A DNA stretch of 64,000 bases from an uncultured Methanosarcinaceae archaeon (GTDB lineage Archaea; Halobacteriota; Methanosarcinia; Methanosarcinales; Methanosarcinaceae): contig CAWHXP010000013.1 in NCBI GenBank assembly GCA_963833425.1, positions 96,001-160,000 of the forward strand, given 5' to 3'. Every line of letters starts with the position of its first letter. The first letter of the stretch is position 1. The notes under the pieces were generated by a model. That model ran no database searches and had not been told where the DNA came from. It saw only the letters and a list, made by a program, of their open reading frames with translations. Shown here piece after piece: positions 56,960 through 64,000 of this stretch. The position numbers and the translations under genes are program-made.

Positions 56960-57241
56960 ATAGTATATACAGTTAAATCACAGAGTTGAAGATTATTCCA
57001 GATGGAAACATGTTTTCGATAAATTTAGCCTACGAGAGGAAAAGCTGGCTGTAAAGTTGTGCAGTTCTTTCGCAGTTTAGATAACCCTTACGAAATCTTA
57101 ATCCTTTTCTAATAGAATACAAAAGAAGACGCAACCAGTTTCTATGAATCAGAAAACCTGAAAAAAACATATCAAGATGCATGTGTAATCAGCAAGCTGG
57201 AAATCTACCTTTTGGATAAAATCGAGGATTTCTCGGTCTGA
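56960..57241 (+). pseudogene. Small cyclase/dimeric alpha-beta barrel protein remnant
   Basis: GGAGGT RBS; HRVEDYSRWKHVFD, KAGCKVVQFFRSLDNPYEILILF with stops and frameshifts. Confidence 0.55.
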
Positions 57242-57420
57242 TTTGCAAAAGTTCAATGTAGCATTGTAGAAAAAATGCATATTTCCTCAAAGTATGCAGT
57301 TTTTTAGGGCATGAATCAACCCATAAGAGTAAAATGATACATTGAAAAATTCTTATCATTTAAATCAAATCGGACTTACGCAGTTAAACTGCATAATCAA
57401 TATTACTGAACCCTTAGAAA

Positions 57421-57891
57421 CTAATCTCCATGTTGTTTTTCTAGCTCCAAAAGATATGCCTTTATTCGAAGCCCTAACCTGTAACCAATCAACTTTCCAT
57501 TTGTACCGATCACACGGTGGCAGGGGATCAAAATTGGAATTGGATTATGGTTACTTGCAAGCCCTATTGCTCTTGATGCATTTTTAATGCCAATGCTCTG
57601 TGCTATTTTTTGATAACTTCGCGTTTCACCATATGGAATTGTGCATATACTTTTCCAGACGCTCAGCAGAAAATCTGTTCCAGAGAGTGCAAGAGGAAGC
57701 GTAAAATTTTTTCTTTTTCCTAAAAGATAGCTCTGCAGCTGTTCACCTGCTTCTTTTAGTAGCTTTGTTTCACATATTATAGCATCTGGAGGGATATTTT
57801 CTGTTTGAAAATACAGATTTGTAATAAAGCTTCCTTCTTCTGTTATTCCTATCCTCCCGATGTCTGTTTTATAAAAAAATATTTTCTTCAT
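57421..57891 (-). CDS. ogt: Methylated-DNA--protein-cysteine methyltransferase
   Basis: IPYGETRSY, RAIG, NPIPILIPCHRVI. Confidence 0.96.
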   Translation of the reverse strand: MKKIFFYKTDIGRIGITEEGSFITNLYFQTENIPPDAIICETKLLKEAGEQLQSYLLGKRKNFTLPLALSGTDFLLSVWKSICTIPYGETRSYQKIAQSIGIKNASRAIGLASNHNPIPILIPCHRVIGTNGKLIGYRLGLRIKAYLLELEKQHGD

Positions 57892-58629
57892 GGTTATTGA
57901 TCCCCCTTAATTAGATGTCATCATTTTTGTACCTGCATTCTTAGTATATAGATAATTCCTATGAACTGCTATGCTCATTTTTTTATGAAATTTTGAATTT
58001 TTGAATAAATAGCTGTTTCAATTCTGAACCAAATTAACCAATATATTCAAAGAAATTTTTTACTTGTTTCAAAGGTTACTTAAATTTTTCATCGTCTTTG
58101 TTGTTTTCCATCTTTTTTTGAAAATTTCCTTAATCTTTCAGTACGATTCAGAGCAGGCAAATATTTCCGTAAGAAGAATAATTAAATATCCTCTCATTCA
58201 GTTATTTTTCTTAAGAAGTGTTCTCACTTAAAAGCGACTTACTGATCTTTTCATTCACAGCTATTCTATTCGAGTATCGAATCCTCTTAACTATTATAGT
58301 ATTCTTAATAGTTCTAAGTAAATATCGATTTCAAACTACTGTTAACATCTATTCTCAAAGTGTTAGTTGAAGCAAAAAGAAAAATTTTAACATAAAAGTG
58401 ATTTAATAGGGTCTATCCGAAAAGTAGATTAATTGTTAGTAGGGTAAATAAGCTAGAACGAAACCTCTAAACACCAGATCCTTAAGCCCCTCTGCGCGAG
58501 GATTGTAGATGGAATTCTTGTTAATGACAGAAAATAATATCGGCTACCGAGTCAGATCGCTTGCAGTAAGCCATTAACTGAGACGTGGTTGTAGAGCTAC
58601 TTTTGTCGACTCAAGCATTTTAGTCCATT

Positions 58630-58930
58630 AAATTAATTTTAATTGCTTGTCATATATTTTTATGGTTTCATGTATTGGTCTAATCTCCTAAGTTCAATTC
58701 CTTGATTGACATAAACGTCATCTGGCTTGTCTACTTCTCTAGAGCTGCTTTTTTGCTGATCCTAGCATCTTAGTCCTGCGGGTTAATTTTAAGTGCTTTG
58801 TACTAGGTTTTTATTGCTTCATCTAACCGGCTTAATGTCCTTAGTTCAACTCCATTATTAACAAAATTTTTCGATCCAGTAGACGAGCTTGCGGTTATTG
58901 CTGTTAATGATATAAACACTATCACAAGTA
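58630..58930 (-). pseudogene. Degraded TPR-protein remnant
   Basis: Fragments such as YDKQLK and LSRLDEAIKT; many stops. Confidence 0.4.
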
Positions 58931-59185
58931 GAATGCAATTAGCTTCTTATACATAATATGTATTATCAATATTCGTTAAAAAATATTGACAAAATAAATA
59001 TACTAAATATTATTTACTTATTATTGGAATTTCTAATGAAATTTATGGTTAAAATTGGCAATATTTGAGAATTAATTTTGACTAAAAAGGGAAATAGGCT
59101 TTGATTTACAGATCAAAAGAGTAGGTTTGAGCTTCTAATCTCAGCAAAAGCAATTTAAAAGCAAGAATTATAGCCTGGTGGGACC

Positions 59186-59385
59186 AAAAAGAAATAGAGC
59201 AATATCGATTACCTTAAGGAATATCATTATTGCCCAGGAAATTAGAAGACAAAACCCTTCAAATTATCATGGATATTTAATCTATCGACATGAAGTTAAC
59301 ATCAATAAAATATTGTTTGTGTAGCTAGTGAGACGATCAACTAGATGCTTTAAAGCTGATTTTTCCCTAACTGTTGTCTCATTTT
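59186..59385 (-). ncRNA. Candidate multicopy ncRNA, copy C (5' portion deleted)
   Basis: Colinear with the terminator-proximal ~200 bp of copies A and B. Confidence 0.35.
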
Positions 59386-59768
59386 ACAGGGTTTGCGACG
59401 TTGACCCTTTGCTTTTTTCCACTATATCGGTATTAAAAGTAGTATAACATAATGTATTTGTTGTATTTATGCAATTAAGTTGATACTACATGTTTTCTTA
59501 TTGTATCTACATAGATAATACATATTTTGCACAGTATTTATTGACTTATATTTAGTTAAATAAGACTTGTACAAATCTGTATACTATATAATTTTTTATA
59601 GCTTTTAATACATTATTCTATAAGGCCTGGAAATACTAATATTCCAGTCATAATTTGCAGAAAATATTTCAAAAAGGGAAAATATGTAATTAACTAAAAA
59701 TATGTTTAGATTGAATCGACGACTATAAACTTGACAGAATTATTAAATCAATTTATGGATGAGAGGTA

Positions 59769-60600
59769 ATGAAAAAGAAAGAAAAATAATATCTTATAAT
59801 TTTAGTGTCAACAGCCATTTTTTTTTTGCTTTTAATTATCTCTTCATCTGCACAAAGTGCTTTTTTTGGGGGACAATATGCATGTGTGTTGCATTCTCTA
59901 GGCAGCGACTTCAGGGGTACTGTACTGTAATTGACATAGCAATGAACATTGTTGTATCCAGTGCCTGTAGAAGACAGACTCAATGGGTTTGCAATCACCT
60001 CAGATGGAACAAAGGTATATAGTAGCGCTTAGCAATACTGTCTCTGTAATTGACAAGCTACGCACACATTACAACTACAATGAAAAAGTAGAAGACTCTC
60101 CTTCTGAAGTTGCTGTAGGACTTCGGCTATCAACTCCAACACCTGCTCTGATATCTTCTCCAACACCTAGTCCCACATATATCAATATAACTAATGTTGG
60201 AAATTTGAATATTGTAGGACCTACAACTATTACAGATAACTAAGCTGGACCAATTACGATCAGTACCAAGGGCCTGTACCTGATCAAAGTGTCCCTCAAC
60301 TCCTAATCCCCCAGCTCTTATTCAAACCCTAGTCTTATCACTCCTATTTCCACAGAAACTCCTAGCCAAGCTCCTGATCCTCCAATCATACCCCACTCCT
60401 AGCCCCACCACTTCTATTCAAACTCCTGGTCCCACAAAATTTCTTAGTCAAACTACGAGTTAACTGTCAAAAACAATGGCTGGGTTAACTTCTTCGGCTA
60501 GTCAGTATACATCTGGTCAGACAATAAATACTTACTTCTAAATCTTGTGGATCTGAGAAACCTTCAGGTACAGTTACTTTCATGGATGGAACACACAAAT
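59769..60600 (+). pseudogene. YVTN beta-propeller / Pro-Thr-rich cell-surface protein remnant
   Basis: GFAITSDGTKVY, SNTVSVID and PTPSPT segments in broken frames. Confidence 0.65.
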
Positions 60601-61216
60601 AGGGCACAAAACTGTAAATTCTGGACGATCAAATTTGACTACTTTGTCTCTTTCAGTCGGTTCACATTCGTCCATTTAATCCTAAGTTAAATAGATTTTT
60701 TTCATTTTTTATCTTTTTTGTATTGTTGTTCATCAAGGGTTAGCTATTTAATTATGGTAATTAGTAATACCTCTATAAAATCTGCAATAGCCTCATAGAT
60801 CATTCCTTTTCTAGCCAGTTAATGGCTAATTCAATGATTAACTTCATCAGTATGAAGTTCATAACAGCGTATTTGTAATGGCACAAAAGGTTATGTGTAA
60901 CTACTGCAAGAACCTCCGAAAATCCTTGTTATATCTGCTCAGTAAGAAAGGAGATGGGTAAATAACATTTCTTGCAGCTTGGTGCGCCACATAAATTTTG
61001 TTATTTATATAATTCGTGAATAACTATCTCTTGAGAATACGAGTCTTTTTTGGGAAAAAATATATAGGATAAATTAAAAATAGCGCAATGATATTGCAAG
61101 AAGTTTCCTCAGAGAATTCGATTTTGAGGATGAAGAAAATTTTGCAAATATATGTTGCTATTTGAAAAGGAATAAGGGAACTATATTTTTTGTAAGAGTT
61201 TTCAAGAAGAAGGGTT

Positions 61217-62005
61217 ATGATGAAAAAATCACTTATTGACTTGGCATTTCTTTCAGAAAAAAGAAAAGATGTGTTGCTCCTGTTGGAAGAAGGGCCTAAA
61301 ACGGGTGAAGATATCAAAACAGCCCTTAACGTCAAATCGACTTCTATTATGCCTCAAATCAAAAAATTAAAGGATGGACATCTAATAGTACAGGATAATA
61401 AAAACAACTACAAGCTCTCTAGTATGGGAGAATTAGTAGTCGAAAAAATGGGCCCTCTATTGAATACAGTGAGAGTTTTTGAGGAAAATTATGATTACTG
61501 GATAAACCATGACCTTACTGTAATTCCTGAATATCTCCGTAACAGGATTAATGAACTCGGGAACTATTTCATGCTTGAGGCTGACCTTAACAGACTTTTT
61601 GAAATACCTGAAGATTTTAAGAATAACTTCTTGGAATCTTGCTACATAAAAATATTTCTTTCATATTTCAATCCCCTTTATCTTGAAATGTATTCTGACC
61701 TCGCAAGAAAAGGAGCCGAATTGCACCTCATCCTGACAGAACCGATTTTTAGCAGGATGAAAAAAGACTACTATGAGAATTTGAAGTCTCTTATAAAATC
61801 AAAAAATACTGAAATCTACATTTGCAACAAAGAAGTAAACCTCGAAAATGTTGTAACAGAGCGTTTCTGTTCGCTTGTGCTTTTCGACAAAAAGGGAAAA
61901 TTTGATCATCAACGCTTAATTAGTTATGACAAAAGTGCAATTAAGTGGTGTGAAGGGCTCTTTTTGTACTATAAAGAGAGATCATTGCTTCTGGAGAAAT
62001 TATAA
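61217..62005 (+). CDS. Winged-helix transcriptional regulator with DUF1724 (FilR1-like) domain
   Basis: FLSEKRKDVLLLL.EGP...IMPQIKKL; YW..HDL..IP; ..KWCEGLF.YY. Confidence 0.88.
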   Translation: MMKKSLIDLAFLSEKRKDVLLLLEEGPKTGEDIKTALNVKSTSIMPQIKKLKDGHLIVQDNKNNYKLSSMGELVVEKMGPLLNTVRVFEENYDYWINHDLTVIPEYLRNRINELGNYFMLEADLNRLFEIPEDFKNNFLESCYIKIFLSYFNPLYLEMYSDLARKGAELHLILTEPIFSRMKKDYYENLKSLIKSKNTEIYICNKEVNLENVVTERFCSLVLFDKKGKFDHQRLISYDKSAIKWCEGLFLYYKERSLLLEKL

Positions 62006-62032
62006 TTGCCTTTCTAGAAATCACTTTTTAAA

Positions 62033-62410
62033 TTAATCTGAGTATTCCCCAAGATACTTGTCGATCAGTTTTCTGAACTTGTTAATATCAATAGGCTTAG
62101 AAATATAATCCACACAGCCCATTTCAATGAAATGTTCTTCACTACCTTTCATAGCGTGAGCTGTAACAGCTATCACAGGTATACATGCAGTTGAAGGATT
62201 CATTTTAATTCTTTCTAAAACCTCAAGGCCGTCCATTTTGGGAAGTTGCATATCGAGCAGAATGATATCAAATCTTTCCTCAGCAAGGCGCTCAAGGGCT
62301 TTGATCCCATCCTCAGCCTCAGTTACATTATGACCATAGAATTCCAGAAGGTCTAAAATCAGTTCCATATTCATGGGATTATCTTCAACAATCAGGATTT
62401 TTTTCATCAT
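62033..62410 (-). CDS. Single-domain response regulator (CheY/DivK-like)
   Basis: ILIVEDN, ILLDMQLPKMDG, VTAHAM, YISKP. Confidence 0.95.
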   Translation of the reverse strand: MMKKILIVEDNPMNMELILDLLEFYGHNVTEAEDGIKALERLAEERFDIILLDMQLPKMDGLEVLERIKMNPSTACIPVIAVTAHAMKGSEEHFIEMGCVDYISKPIDINKFRKLIDKYLGEYSD

Positions 62411-64000
62411 TAAGCCTCTTAAGCATAACTAATTGCTTCATTCTATTAATCAACTCTCTTCTTACAAAAGCGCCTTGTTTCATAATAAAAATTAAATGCG
62501 CTTTCAATTCACTATTTAACTCATCAATATTTTTCTCAGTAAACTCCCCAGAAGTACACACAATGATAGGGATGTCTTTTGTGTGTACATCTGCTCTTAA
62601 GCTGGAAATGATATCAAATCCACTTATTTCCGGCATCATGAGATCAAGGATCAGGATATCGGGTTTCTTACCTGAAAAGAGCTTTGGTAGGCCTTCTTTT
62701 CCACTATAAGCCTTAATCACTTCAAATCCCTCGGACTCGATCATGGAGTTTAACAATTCTACAGTGTTCTCATCATCGTCTACAATAAGAACAGTTGGAT
62801 TTTCTAACCTGAGTTTAGTAGCGATTCCTTTTAGTGAACACACCAATTCAGCTCTTTTTACGGGTTTTGTAAAAGAATATGTTGCTCCAAAAGCAATTCC
62901 AAGCTCGTTATTGTTGGTAGTTGAAATAATAAGTATCGGAGTTGAAGCTGTATAAGAGTCATTTTTGAGCTGCTTCAAAACAAGCCACCCATTAGTGTCC
63001 GACAGGAAAACATCAAGGACAATAATATAGGGTTTTAGTCTCTTTGTAACGTTTAATACATTTTTCCCACCGTAAAGAGAAGCTACGCTATATCCACTCT
63101 CTTTGAGGATAGTTGAGAGAAGTTCGTTGGAATTTTTGTCGTCGTCAACTACCAGAACAAGTCTATGTTCTGCATTTTTCTTTTCAGGAGGATATATTTC
63201 AGGTAGCTCTATTCCTTCCTGCAAATTTTCGCTACATTCAATTACGGAAAGCGCTTTTGATTTGTTCATTTCTAATTCAACAATTATTTCTTCGAGTCCA
63301 ATTTCGTTAGCTTTCCTGGACTCGGTATGTTTTTTTAGAGGAATTGCAAATATAAATGTACTTCCTTTCTCAACATCGCTTTCAATCCAGATATCTCCCT
63401 GATGCATGTTTACAATTTTCCTTACGAGAGCGAGCCCGAGCCCTGTTCCGCAATACTGTCTGGATGCGGAGGCATCAATCTGGGTAAATGGTTGAAAAAG
63501 TTTTCTCTGGTCTTCAGGAGAAATGCCTATCCCAGTGTCTATCACTGAAATAAATGCTCTACTTCCGCGTTTTTTACAAGAAAGATATATTTTTCCCTCG
63601 TCTGGAGTAAATTTGATTGCATTGCTAGCAAGGTTGTAAAGCACCTGGATAAGGCGACTTCTGTCAGCTTCCAGAGTTGTAACGGAATCTATGCTGAAAG
63701 CTATTTCAATGGATTTTTTCTGAGCAAGGGGAGCCAGAACTGCTATGACCTCCTCAAAAACAGAATTAACAGAAAATTCGCTGTAGTAAAGTTCCATTTT
63801 TCCCGCTTCAACTTTAGAGAGATCAAGAATATCATTTATAAGTTCCAGTAAATGCTTCCCACTAGTAGAGATGTTATTTATGTATCTCAATTGTTTTTCA
63901 TTAAGTTCTCCAAAAACCCTATCAAGCAGAATATCCGAAAACCCTATGATGGAATTAAGAGGCGTCCGTAATTCGTGACTCATATTAGCAAGAAATTCAC
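62385..64000 (-). CDS. Hybrid sensor histidine kinase with two receiver domains (5' end outside the window)
   Basis: H-box MSHELRTPL, N-box NAIKFT, DTGIG, GTGLGL; two receiver domains. Confidence 0.95.
   Translation of the reverse strand, partial: EFLANMSHELRTPLNSIIGFSDILLDRVFGELNEKQLRYINNISTSGKHLLELINDILDLSKVEAGKMELYYSEFSVNSVFEEVIAVLAPLAQKKSIEIAFSIDSVTTLEADRSRLIQVLYNLASNAIKFTPDEGKIYLSCKKRGSRAFISVIDTGIGISPEDQRKLFQPFTQIDASASRQYCGTGLGLALVRKIVNMHQGDIWIESDVEKGSTFIFAIPLKKHTESRKANEIGLEEIIVELEMNKSKALSVIECSENLQEGIELPEIYPPEKKNAEHRLVLVVDDDKNSNELLSTILKESGYSVASLYGGKNVLNVTKRLKPYIIVLDVFLSDTNGWLVLKQLKNDSYTASTPILIISTTNNNELGIAFGATYSFTKPVKRAELVCSLKGIATKLRLENPTVLIVDDDENTVELLNSMIESEGFEVIKAYSGKEGLPKLFSGKKPDILILDLMMPEISGFDIISSLRADVHTKDIPIIVCTSGEFTEKNIDELNSELKAHLIFIMKQGAFVRRELINRMKQLVMLKRLNDEKNPDC

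Noticed and set aside
3400..63402. Many 60-155 aa ORFs antisense to or overlapping real genes (e.g. 6404-6712, 12171-12506, 47643-48071, 49902-50369, 54155-54592)
   Set aside because: Shadow frames of well-supported genes, with no motifs
1..64000. tRNA or rRNA genes
   Set aside because: No GC-rich cloverleaf or rRNA-like segment found by eye; tRNAscan-SE would be definitive

Overview
AT-rich archaeal chromosomal segment whose gene set and sequences point to Methanosarcina (inference). Intact housekeeping genes: argS, aRF1, Taw1/TYW1, PolD DP1 and DP2, signal peptidase, ArcS, Sua5, form III RuBisCO, hemB, ogt, dinB, an ABC-2 exporter and a hybrid kinase/response regulator/DUF1724 cluster. Between them lies a heavily decayed accessory landscape: five IS6 copies plus IS6-derived MITEs, several IS5 remnants plus their MITEs, and many pseudogenes. 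Two pseudogenes missing from the ORF track are a Cdc6/Orc1 remnant beside a 3x tandem repeat and a family A DNA polymerase remnant. Most interesting unannotated structure: (1) a dispersed module of 9-bp repeats reading as a 26-aa 'MEL..EHLE.MEHLELI' microprotein (3 intact copies, 1 decayed), twice coupled to a ~280-nt TATA-to-terminator element (3 copies) that looks like a multicopy ncRNA; (2) a ~1000-codon GH31 glucan-lyase-like gene broken only by one in-frame amber codon (pyrrolysine readthrough candidate); (3) an SRAP-dinB cassette with a 20-bp inverted repeat around SRAP. No tRNA, rRNA or CRISPR array was seen. All alignments and translations were done by eye; no database searches were run.
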